A stretch of 64,000 nucleotides of DNA from Eledone cirrhosa (taxonomy: Eukaryota). Of the stretch, positions 49,576 through 64,000 are shown piece after piece. Position 1 is the stretch's first letter. Each line of letters begins with the position of its first letter. The notes under the pieces were generated by a model. It saw only the letters and a list, made by a program, of their open reading frames with translations. It did no database searches and had not been told where the DNA came from. Made by a program: the position numbers and the translations under genes. The stretch is taken from positions 23,374,001 to 23,438,000 of the forward strand of contig OZ024747.1 in assembly GCA_964016885.1 (NCBI GenBank), written 5' to 3'.

Positions 49576-51344
49576 CATACATGCATGATGGCTGCCCCCT
49601 CGTCATCGAGTATGGCCATTGCACGATATAACATTATTAATAATATCGTGCGTGAAGATATTTTTTAAAGTGAGGAAAGACTGTGCACTGAGCCAATCCC
49701 ACTCTCTGAGCGACAGTAGCTATAACCCGAAAAGAAGAAAAGATCAACATCATCGGTAACTACTGAGCCGCAGGTTTTATATCGGAGTTATCCCAGTTTC
49801 TTGAGTTGCCTTCTCCTACCTAGAAGAATGCCCTGACAAAGGCTAGGGGTCCTTCCCTCCCAGTGGTTTAACCGCACGATCGGGTGTCCAGCCCGACTAT
49901 TTCTATGTCCCCGCGTATATATATATACACATGCACCCATGTATATACATACATACACACATACATACATACATACATACATACATACATACATACATAC
50001 ACACATACATACATACATACATACATACATACATACATACATACATACATACATACATACATACATGTTTGTATTATGTATATATGTATGTATGTACGTA
50101 TGAAATGAAAGGCCACCATTGTTGTCACAACACCTTTCTAAGAGAAGGAGACCTGCGGCTTCGGAAGCATCCGATGATGTTGACCAGTTCTCCTTTTTGG
50201 GTAGTGTTTTCGATGCTCGGAGAGTGGGATTGGTCAAGTGCAGGCCTTTCCCCACTTAAAAAAACCTTCAAAGCACAGACATAGCTTGTTCAGGGTCTGT
50301 TACAGGTTCGTGTGGCTGGTGGTAGCCTAAAAGTGCACCATTTTCTGTACTCTGACAAGCGATTGCAATATTCTTTGCAGAGTTTGCAGCCACCATGTAT
50401 GTATGTAAGTATGCATTATGTATGCATGTATTTCCATCGGTTTGTTTAGTGGGATGGGGATCGAGATAGATTAATAGGTGATTGCAGGCTTTCGATTGAG
50501 TTAGTTCTGGTTCTGGTGGTTAGGCGTGTGGTTTGATTCGATGCGTGTTTGTATTCCGGGTTAGGTTTGTTGGAAATTTATGTCGGAGGTAGGTTTTGGT
50601 GATTGTTCTGAGTATGTTTGGCTAATATGTCAATTACGTAATAGCGTAGTAGTCACTGCAGAATTATACAGAAACTGTGTAATACAATGACTGCAACTTG
50701 ATGACATCCGTATCTACCCCTTACCAGTAATTGTAGCAGGCTGGTTGCTGTTTAAAGCGACAGCTGGGATATGGTCTTGAATAACGTAACTGGATTATAT
50801 TTGTATATGATGGGTGGAGTTGCTTCAGTGTGTAGATAGCTTGGGTTTGGTGTAGTTTTGATTACATTGTATTTAAGGCATATGACGGTCGATAAATAAA
50901 GTATAAAAGGTCAGCATAATAAAAATGTCCGACCTTGTGCCTAAATTAGAAATCACTAGAAGGGCGGTGGGAGCGACAGTAATCGGTAGAGCATTGGACA
51001 AAATATTTTGCGTATTTAATTACGACTTTCTACGTTCTCAGTTCAAATCCCATCGAGATCAACTTTACCTTTTATTCTTTCGGAGTCGATCAAATAAAGT
51101 ACCAGTTATGTTTTGGAGTTGATACTTCCCCCAAATTGCTGGCCTTGTGCCAATGTATAAAACGTTATTTCTTTTTTTAAGTTGATTTTTTTTTTCGTTG
51201 TTATTAGATACATGTGTTTCACTCACGAAGTTGTCTTTAAAAACATTGATAATTACATAAATATGAAAAAGAAAGATAAAAACAAAATTAAGTAATTAGA
51301 AAAGGGGAAGGGGTAAAAAAGGGCAGATCTGGCTGTGTGGGAAA

Positions 51345-51860
51345 TTGGAGGAAAGGACTATAAATGACATAAATGAGAGGAAATTAGAGGAAAGGGCTAT
51401 AAATGACACAAATGAGAGGAAATTAGAGGAAAAGGCTATAAATGCCATAAATGAGAGGAAAAGTGGAGGAAAGGACTATAAACCCCATAAATGAGAGGAA
51501 AAGTAGAGGAAAGGACTATAAATGCCATAAATGAGAGGAAAAGTAGAGGAAAGGACTATAAATGACATATATGAGAGGAAAAGTAGAGGAAAGGACTATA
51601 AACCTCATAAATTAGAGGAAAAGTAGAGGAAAGGGCTATAAATGACACAAATGAGAGGAAAAGTAGAGGAAAGGACTATAAATGACATAGATGAGAGGAA
51701 ATTAGAGGAAAGGGCTATAAATGACATAGATGAGAGGAAATTAGAGGAAAGGGCTATAAATGACATAGATGAGAGGAAATTAGAGGAAAGGGTTATAAAT
51801 GACACTGATGAGATAAAAAGTAGAGGAGAGGACTATAGATACCATAAATGAGAGGCAAAG
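51345..51860 (+). repeat. 39-40-bp minisatellite, about 13 copies
   Basis: Unit AAA(A)(G/T)TAGAGGAAAGG(A/G)CTATAAATGACATA(A/G)ATGAGAGG. Confidence 0.93.
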
Positions 51861-52119
51861 GATGGAAAAAGCAAGGACTCTTGAGCCACGGAAGAAAGCG
51901 GAGTGGGTGATGGGTTCTGGGATTTGGGTGGGGTGGTGTTTGGGCTGCACCTCGTGGACAAAACATCTTTCAGTATGTCAACCGTGACCATAATCGCTAC
52001 TAAATACCTACTATGTCTTTACCACAATATAAACAAAACTACACCTAACCCATGTTAGTGACTAATACTGGCTTTTGTTTTTCTTATTTCTTTCATGTTT
52101 ATTTGAACTGGGTTTTTAT

Positions 52120-53690
52120 AAGACAGACACACACACACAGGCATACACACAGACACACACACACAGGCATACACACAGACACACACACAGGCATACACAC
52201 AGACACACACACACAGGCATACACACAGACACACACACATAGGCATACACACAGACACACACACAGGCATACACACAGACACAAACACACAGGTATACAC
52301 ACAGACACACACACAGGCATACACACAAACATACACACAGGCACACATACACAGCCATACACACAGACACACACACAGGCACGCACACACACACACACAG
52401 GCAAACACACAGACACATACACAGGCATACACACAGACACACACACAGGCAAACACACAGACACATACACAGCCATACACACAGACACATACACCATATG
52501 ACACACACACAAGTACAACACACATACACAGATACATAAACCCATACCTACACACACACAGAGACACATACACCGATACACACACAACACACACGCACAA
52601 CACCCAGGGACACAGACACATACACAGATACATACACGCATACACACGCACACACAGACAGACAGACATACAGAGAGAGAGAGAAACATACACATACACA
52701 CATATATATATATATATATACACTCACACATACACGCCCGTACATATTCACACATACATATACGCAGTCTCACACATACTCACGCACACACACACAGACA
52801 TACACAGAGAGACACATACACATACACACAAATACATATACAGGGAATTTCCGTTATAACGAAATTCAAGGGGTATAAAAAAATTCGTTGTAACGAAAAA
52901 TTCTTTATAACGAGATCGACCTAACACATCGAGCGTGTGGCCACGGGTTGAAAAAATTCGTTATACTGAAAAATTCGTTATAAAGGAATATTGCCTGTAT
53001 ATATACACACCCATATATACAGTCACACATACACATACACAGACAGACACGCACACACACAGACAGACACACAGACAGACACGCACACACACACACACAC
53101 AGACAGACACACACACACACAGACAGACACGCACACAGACAGACACACACACACAGACAGACACACACACACAGACAGACACACACACACACACAGACAG
53201 TCACACACACACAGAGACAGACACACACACACACAGAGACAGACATATACACACAGAGACAGACACACACACAGAGACAGACACACACACACAGACAGAC
53301 AGACAGACAGACACACACACACAGACAGACAGACAGACAGACACACACACACAGACAGACAGACAGACACACACAGACAGACAGACAGACACACACACAC
53401 AGACAGACAGACACACACACAGACAGACACACACACACAGACACAGACAGACACACACACACACACAGACAGACACACACACACAGAGACAGACAGACAC
53501 ACACACACAGACAGACACACACACACACAGACAGACAGACACACACACACACACAGACAGACAGACACACACACACAGACAGACACACACACAGACAGAC
53601 ACACACACACAGACAGACACATACACAGACAGACACACACACACAGACAGACACACACACAGACAGACAGACACACACAGACACAGACAG

Positions 53691-53721
<31 letters not shown>

Positions 53722-56700
53722 GACACACACACACAGAGACAGACAGACACACACACAGACAGACACACACACACAGACAGACACACACACAGACAGACAG
53801 ACAGACAGACAGACACACAGACAGACAGACACACACACACAGACAGACACACACAGAGACAGACAGACACACACAGAGACAGACAGACACACACACAGAC
53901 AGACACACACACACAGACACAGACAGACACACACAGAGACAGACAGACACACACAGAGACAGACACACACACACAGACAGACAGACACACACACAGACAG
54001 ACACACACACAGACAGACAGACACACACACAGACAGACACACACACACACACAGACACACACACAGACCCGCACACACAGACACGCACACACACAGACAC
54101 ACACAGACACACACAGACACACAGATACACACACAGACAGATACACAGATACACACAGACAGACAGACAGACACGCACGCACATACACAGACAGACACAC
54201 ACACACACAGAGACAGACACGCACACAGACAGACACACACAGACAGACACACACACAGACCCGCACACAGACACGCACACACACAGACAGTCCCGCGCAC
54301 ACAGACCTGCACACACACACACACACACACAGACACACACACACACAGACAGACACGCACACAGACAGACACACACAGACACGCACACTCACAGACAGAC
54401 CCGTGCGCACAGACCTGCACACATACATACACAGACACAGAGACAGACACATACACACAGAGACAGACACATAGACACAGAGACAGACACGCACACACAG
54501 AGACAGACACATACACACAGAGACAGACACATACACACAGAGACAGACACATAGACACAGAGACAGACACGCACACACAGAGACAGACACATACACACAG
54601 AGACAGACACATACACACAGAGACAGACACATACACACAGAGACAGACACATACACACAGAGACAGACACAGAGACAGACACGCACACACAGAGACAGAC
54701 ACATACACACAGAGACAGACACGCAGACACAGAGACAGACACATACACACAGAGACAGACACGCACACACAGAGACAGACACATAGACACAGAGACAGAC
54801 ACATAGACACAGAGACAGACACGCACACACAGAGACAGACACATAGACACAGAGACAGACACGCACACACAGAGACAGACACATACACACAGAGACAGAC
54901 ACATACACACAGAGACAGACACATAGACACAGAGACAGACACATAGACACAGAGACAGACACGCACACACAGAGACAGACACATACACACAGAGACAGAC
55001 ACGCACACACAGAGACAGACACATACACACAGAGACAGACACATACACACAGAGACAGACACATAGACACAGAGACAGACACGCACACACAGAGACAGAC
55101 ACGCACACACAGAGACAGACACGCACACACAGAGACAGACACATACACACAGAGACAGACACATACACACAGAGACAGACACATACACACAGAGAAAGAC
55201 ACGCACACACAGAGACAGACACATACACACAGAGACAGACACATACACACAGAGAAAGACACGCACACACAGAGACAGACACATACACACAGAGACAGAC
55301 ACATACACACAGAGACAGACACATACACACAGAGACAGACACATACACACAAAGACAGACACATACACACAGAGACAGACACATACACACAGAGACAGAC
55401 ACATAGACACAGAGACAGACACATAGACACAGAGACAGACACGCACACACAGAGACAGACACATACACACAGAGAAAGACACGCACACACAGAGACAGAC
55501 ACATACACACAGAGACAGACACATACACACAGAGACAGACACATACACACAGAGACAGACACATACACACAAAGACAGACACATACACACAGAGACAGAC
55601 ACATACACACAGAGACAGACACATAGACACAGAGACAGACACATAGACACAGAGACAGACACGCACACACAGAGACAGACACACACACACAAAGACAGAC
55701 ACATACACACAGAGACAGACACATACACACAAAGACAGACACATACACACAGACACATACACACAGAGACAGACACATACACACAGAGACAGACACGCAC
55801 ACACAGAGACAGACACATACACACAGACACATACACACAGAGACAGACACATACACACACAGACAGACACAGACACACAGAGACAGACACATAGACACAG
55901 AGACAGACACGCACACACAGAGACAGACACATACACACAGAGACAGACACATACACACAGAGACAGACACATAGACACAGAGAGAGACACGCACACACAG
56001 AGACAGACACATACACACAGAGACAGACACATACACACAGAGACAGACACGCACACACAGAGACAGACACATACACACAGAGACAGACACATACACACAG
56101 AGACAGACACATACACACAGAGACAGACACATAGACACAGAGACAGACACATAGACACAGAGACAGACACATACACACAGAGACAGACACATACACACAG
56201 AGACAGACACATACACACAGAGACAGACACATACACACAGAGACAGACACATAGACACAGAGACAGACACGCACACACAGAGACAGACACGCAGACACAG
56301 AGACAGACACATACACACAGAGACAGACACGCACACACAGAGACAGACACATAGACACAGAGACAGACACATAGACACAGAGACAGACACGCACACACAG
56401 AGACAGACACATACACACAGAGACAGACACATACACACAGAGACAGACACATACACACAGAGACAGACACATACACACAGAGACAGACACATAGACACAG
56501 AGACAGACACGCACACACAGAGACAGACACATACACACAGAGACAGACACGCAGACACAGAGACAGACACATACACACAGAGACTGACACGCACACACAG
56601 AGACAGACACATACACACAGAGACAGACACATAGACACAGAGACAGACACGCACACACAGAGACAGACACGCAGACACAGAGACAGACACATACACACAG

Positions 56701-59700
56701 AGACAGACACATACACACAGAGACAGACACATACACACAGAGACAGACACGCACACACAGAGACAGACACGCAGACACAGAGACAGACACATACACACAG
56801 AGACGGACACATAGACACAGAGACAGACACGCACACACAGAGACAGACACATACACACAGAGACAGACACGCACACACAGAGACAGACACATACACACAG
56901 AGACAGACACACACACACAGAGACAGACACATAGACACAGAGACAGACACGCACACACAGAGACAGACACATAGACACAGAGACAGACACGCACACACAG
57001 AGACAGACACATAGACACAGAGACAGACACGCACACACAGAGATAGACACATACACACAGAGACAGACACGCAGACACAGAGACAGACACATACACACAG
57101 AGACAGACACGCACACACAGAGACAGACACATACACACAGAGACAGACACACACACACAGAGACAGACACATAGACACAGAGACAGACACGCACACACAG
57201 AGACAGACACATAGACACAGAGACAGACACGCACACACAGAGACAGACACGCAGACACAGAGACAGACACATACACACAGAGACAGACACGCACACACAG
57301 AGACAGACACATAGACACAGAGACAGACACGCACACACAGAGACAGACACATAGACACAGAGACAGACACGCACACACAGAGACAGACACATACACACAG
57401 AGACAGACACATACACACAGAGACAGACACATACACACAGAGACAGACACATAGACACAGAGACAGACACGCACACACAGAGACAGACACATACACACAG
57501 AGACAGACACGCACACACAGAGACAGACACATACACACAGAGACAGACACATACACACAGAGACAGACACATAGACACAGAGACAGACACGCACACACAG
57601 AGACAGACACATACACACAGAGACAGACACATACACACAGAGACAGACACGCACACACAGAGACAGACACATACACACAGAGACAGACACATACACACAG
57701 AGACAGACACATACACACAGAGACAGACACATACACACAAAGACAGACACATAGACACAGAGACAGACACATAGACACAGAGACAGACACGCACACACAG
57801 AGACAGACACACACACACAAAGACAGACACATACACACAGAGACAGACACATACACACAGAGACAGACACATACACACAAAGACAGACACATACACACAG
57901 ACACATACACACAGAGACAGACACATACACACACAGACACATACACACAGAGACAGACACACACACAGACAGACACATAGACACACACAGACACATACAC
58001 ACAGAGACAGACACATACACACAGAGACAGACACATACACACACAGACACATACACACAGAGACAGACACATACACACAGACAGACACATACACACAGAG
58101 ACAGATACATACACACAGACACATACACACAGAGACAGACACATACACACAGAGACAGAGACATACACACAGAGACAGACACATACACACAGAGACAGAC
58201 ACATACACACAAAGACAGACACATACACACAGACACATACACACAGAGACAGACACATACACACAGAGACAGACACATACACACAGAGACAGACACATAC
58301 ACACAGAGACAGACACATAGACACAGAGACAGACACACACACACAGACAGACACATATACACAGAGACAGACACATACACACAGAGACAGACACATACAC
58401 ACACAGAGACAGACACATACACACAGACACAGACACATACACACAGAGACAGACACGCACACACAGAGACAGAGACACACACACACAGACAGACACATAC
58501 ACACAGAGACAGACACACACACACAGACAGACACATACACACAGAGACAGACACACACACACACAGACAGACACAGACACACAGAGACAGACACATACAC
58601 ACAGAGACAGACACATACACACACAGAGACAGACACATACACACAGACAGACACATACACACAGAGACAGACACATACACACAGAGACAGACATATACAC
58701 ACAAAGACAGACACATACACACAGAGACAGACACATACACACAGAGACAGACACATAGACACACACAGACACATACACACAGAGACAGACACATACACAC
58801 AGAGACAGACACATACACACACAGAGACAGACACACACACAGAGACAGACACGCACACACAGAGACAGACACATACACACAGAGACAGACACATACACAC
58901 AGAGACAGACACATAGACACAGAGACAGACACACACACACAGACAGACACATATACACAGAGACAGACACATACACACAGAGACAGACACATACACACAC
59001 AGAGACAGACACATACACACAGAGACAGACACATACACACAGACAGACACATACACACAGAGACAGACACATACACACAGAGACAGACACATACACACAG
59101 AGACAGACACGCACACACAGAGACAGAGACACACACACACAGACAGACACATACACACAGAGACAGACACACACACACAGACAGACACATACACACAGAG
59201 ACAGACACACACACACACAGACAGACACAGACACACAGAGACAGACACATACACACAGAGACAGACACATACACACACAGAGACAGACACATACACACAG
59301 ACAGACACATACACACAGAGACAGACACATACACACAGAGACAGACATATACACACAAAGACAGACACATACACACAGAGACAGACACATACACACAGAG
59401 ACAGACACATAGACACACACAGACACATACACACAGAGACAGACACATACACACAGAGACAGACACATACACACACAGAGACAGACACACACACAGAGAC
59501 AGACACGCACACACAGAGACAGACACATACACACAGAGACAGACACGCACACACAGAGACAGACACGCACACACAGAGACAGACACATACACACAGAGAC
59601 AGACACGCACACACAGAGACAGACACGCACACACAGAGACAGACACATACACACAGAGACAGACACGCACACACAGAGACAGACACATAGACACAGAGAC

Positions 59701-61463
59701 AGACACATACACACAGACACATACACACAGAGACAGACACATACACACAGAGACAGACACATACACACACAGAGACAGACACACACACACAGAGACAGAC
59801 ACATACACACAGAGACAGACACATACACACAGACACATACACACAGAGACAGACACATACACACAGACAGACACATACACACAGAGACAGACACATACAC
59901 ACAGAGACAGACACATACACACACAGAGACAGACACATACACACAGAGACAGACACGCACACACAGAGACAGACAAATACACACACAGAGACAGACACGC
60001 ACACACAGAGACAGACACGCACACACAGAGACAGACACATACACACAGAGACAGACACGCACACACAGAGACAGACACGCACACACAGAGACAGACACAT
60101 ACACACAGAGACAGACACGCACACACAGAGACAGACACGCACACACAGAGACAGACACATACACACAGAGACAGACACGCACACACAGAGACAGACACAT
60201 AGACACAGAGACAGACACATACACACAGACACATACACACAGAGACAGACACATACACACAGAGACAGACACATACACACACAGAGACAGACACACACAC
60301 ACAGAGACAGACACATACACACAGAGACAGACACATACACACAGAGACAGACACATACACACAGACACATACACACAGAGACAGACACATACACACAGAG
60401 ACAGACACATACACACAGAGACAGAGACATACACACAGAGACAGACACATACACACAGAGACAGACACATACACACAGAGACAGACACATACACACAGAG
60501 ACAGACACACACACACACAGACAGACACACACACACAGAGACAGACACATACACACAGAGACAGACACATACACACAGAGACAGACACATACACACAGAG
60601 ACAGACACATACACACAGAGACAGACACATACACACAGAGACAGACACATACACACACAGAGACAGACACATACACACAGAGACAGACACGCACACACAG
60701 AGACAGAGACACACACACAGAGACAGAGACACACACACACAGACAGACACATACACACAGAGACAGACACATACACACAGACACATACACACAGAGACAG
60801 ACACATACACACAGAGACAGACACATACACACAGAGACAGACACATACACACACAGAGACAGACACATACACACAGAGACAGACACATACACACAGACAC
60901 ATACACACAGAGACAGACACATACACACAGAGACAGACACATACACACAGAGACCGAGACATACACACAGAGACAGACACATACACACAGAGACCGAGAC
61001 ATACACACAGAGACAGACACATACACACAGAGACAGACACATACACACAGAGACAGACACATACACACAGAGACAGACACATACACACACAGACACAGAC
61101 AGACACATACACACACAGACAGACACATACACACAGAGACAGACACATACACACAGAGACAGACACATACACACAAAGACAGACACATACACACAAAGAC
61201 AGACACATACACACACAGAGACAGACACATACACACAGAGACAGACACATAGACACACAGACAGACACATACACACAGACAGACACATACACACAGAGAC
61301 AGACACATAGACACAGAGACAGACACATAGACACAGAGACAGACACATACACACAGAGACAGACACATACACACAGAGACAGACATATACACACAAAGAC
61401 AGACACATACACACAAAGACAGACACATACACACAGAGACAGACACATACACACAGAGACAGA
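52120..61463. repeat. ~9.3-kb CA/CAGA compound satellite; from about 54430 a regular 20-bp unit AGACAGACAC(AT/GC)A(C/G)ACACAG
   Basis: Direct reading; source of the 2300-2850-aa spurious ORFs. Confidence 0.97.
52841..52997. mobile_element. Tigger/pogo-like MITE inserted in the CA-rich satellite
   Basis: TA-CAGGGAATTTCCGTTATAACGAA ... TTCGTTATAAAGGAATATTGCCTG-TA; internal TTCGTTATAAC repeats. Confidence 0.78.
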
Positions 61464-61994
61464 CCCACTGACAACCAGAAAACAATAAAAAACAGTAATG
61501 TTTAGCTTGGTGTTGGTTTTTCACTTCGACCCATTGATTCCATATATTCTCATTCTCGTTCATTCTCGTTCATTCATGGACATAACAAAACAGTTTTCAC
61601 GAACAATCACACACGGTTATGAAAGCCAGATTATTCTTTCACTGGTTTATTTCAGTCATTCTTATTTTGTCGATCCCTATTTGACGAGATTTTAAGTTAG
61701 GAATACAACATGAATAACAACACTGATTTTCATACAGGTATAAACCTAAACATACACACGCACGCACATACATATACAGGGTCTCCAAGAGAAAGTTTGC
61801 AAGGTAGTACAAGACCCCTTTGGAACCCGAAGCAAACAAAGAATTTTCTCAAAATGGATGTTGTATGGTTGCTGTGGGGCTTTCTTAGCTCTTGGGCTTC
61901 GGAACAAAGTACCAGTTGGACTCCATCTCATAGATCCTGTACATATATACATACATATATACATACAAACACACACACACATACCTACATACAT

Positions 61995-62305
61995 GATGGC
62001 TGCAAACTCTGCTAAGAGTATTGCAATCGCTTGTCAGATTACAGAAAATGGTGCACTTTTAGGCTACGGCCAGCCACACGAACCTGTAACAGACCCTGAA
62101 CAAGCTATGTCTGTACTTTGAAGGTTTTTTAAATGGGGAAAAGGCCTTGCACTCGACCAATCCCACTCTCTGAGCATCGAAAACACTACCCGAAAAGGAG
62201 AATTGGTCAACATCATCAGATGTTTCCGAAGCCGCAGGTTTTGGGGGTTTTTTCAGAGTTTCCCTCTCCTAGAAAGGTGTTGTGACAATAACTAGGGGCC
62301 TTTCA
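61995..62305 (-). mobile_element. Retroposon 3' fragment with (ATGT)n tail (inverted copy at 50105-50400; related 49587-49860)
   Basis: Shared sequence GGCTGCAAACTCTGC.AAGA.TATTGCAATCGCTTGTCAGA...CCAATCCCACTCT..GAGC at several loci, each abutting (CATA)n. Confidence 0.7.
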
Positions 62306-62507
62306 CTCCCAGGTAAAAAAAAAAAAAAAAAAATGTCTATTTGGATGGTCGTTGACACTGCTGAATTCCTCCGCCCTTTGCCGGGCCTTGTATTTCATCC
62401 CGCAGGGTGTTTAAATATCACCCTCCCCGCCAAGCTAGCTTGGTGGGGTTGCCGGCTTAGTCGCCCACGACCCAACCATGAAACAGGTTATACTGGGGTA
62501 CATGCTA

Positions 62508-62865
<358 letters not shown>

Positions 62866-62899
62866 CATACATACATACATACATACATACATACATAAT

Positions 62900-63560
62900 A
62901 TAAAAGAGGAAGACATACATATACATAATATGAAAAAGTACTGGAGGAATGTTCCAGTAAAAAACCGCTATAAAATGCAGCCATAACAGACCAGATATAA
63001 TGATATGGGACAGGGAAAAGAAGGCATGCACAGTAGTGGAAGTCAGCTGCCCAGCAGATGCCAATTTAATATTAAAGATTAGCGAAAAGGAGAATATCTT
63101 TGCAGAACTAATGAGAAATCTACAGATACTCCACCCTCACTATACCTTCAGATATATACCTGTGATTATTGGGGCACTGAGATATGTTAGTAACTGCCTC
63201 AGTACAAATCTTGAGAAGCTGGGCTTCACAAACCCGAAAAAACACGACTAGTTAGGAAATTACAAGTACAATCCATTAATGGAACAGTAAAAATATGTAA
63301 AACATTCCAAAGATTCTGCATCTAATAACTCCATGTACACTTGTACAGATACAAAGCACATGCACACATAACTAAAAACATACACATCCACACATACAAT
63401 AACATCCATACCTGCACATGCATGCATTCATGCATGCATACATACATATCTACCTAGTTGATGTTATGTATATTCCAATGAGAAAGTCTTGTGTCTATGT
63501 TAGAAACCGACTCTCTCTCTATTGGTAAAAAATTGTGAAATTATAAAACCAGAAAAACAT
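62900..63560 (+). mobile_element. R4/Dong-like non-LTR retrotransposon 3' fragment (PD-(D/E)xK restriction-like endonuclease)
   Basis: YWRNVPVKTAIKCSHNRPDIMIWDREKKACTVVEVSCPADANL..K..EK...FAEL....L......IPVIIGAL(*)YV...VQSINGTVKICKTF; flanked by (CATA)n. Confidence 0.85.
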
Positions 63561-64000
63561 ACTTACATACATGTATGCATTCATACATACATGCATAATG
63601 CATACACACGCACACATACGTACATCCATATATACACCCTTACATAACCCATATTTACATATATATATCGTTTCATAATACATAAATATACATAGACATA
63701 CACATATGCATGCATACATGAATAGATAGTTAAATGAATATATATGTGTATGTGTGGGAGGAGGGGGTGTGTTCTTCTGGTTTTATTTCTAAAAGATTCT
63801 CGAGTCAGTGAGTCTGTTTCTAACTTATTTCGTTGGAAATTAGTCAACACAATTTAGTACTGATAATTTTGAAAATAGAAGCTTTCACTGTAAATTGATT
63901 ACAGAAAATATTCTAATATTGGGGTAAATGAACCCCGTAACGGAAAATGGGCATTAACATGCATGGGAATCGAACCCACACCTCTTATTTTCGAGATATG

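Noticed and set aside
52905-61563. ORFs of 2361-2849 aa (C/V/S/L/M-rich) and T/H/D/R-rich ORFs
   Set aside because: Translations of a CA/CAGA satellite, open in several frames only because the repeat lacks stop codons.

Overview
AT-rich eukaryotic genomic DNA, most consistent with a coleoid cephalopod such as an octopus. This is an inference from the dense tRNA-head SINEs, RTE/CR1/R4 LINE remnants, Penelope-like elements and very large (TA)n/(CATA)n/(CA)n microsatellites. One intact host gene is reconstructable by hand: an 11-coding-exon MFS transporter of the oxalate:formate-antiporter-like type (+ strand, 1547-15840, 471 aa, all GT-AG introns in phase). The remainder is mobile DNA and satellites. 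The standout feature is a set of short non-coding elements carrying type I hammerhead ribozyme (HHR) motifs, inserted into (TA)n tracts, mostly as fold-back (inverted) pairs. The best example is a 467-nt, highly structured, HHR-containing unit arranged as a tandem plus inverted array at 43968-45881 (retrozyme-like, a candidate circular RNA source). A 5'-truncated GIY-YIG Penelope-like retroelement with the same architecture lies at 32192-33747 and is the type of element that could mobilise them. All very long ORFs in the track (40-61 kb) are microsatellite artefacts. Everything here was read by eye; no folding or database search was run.
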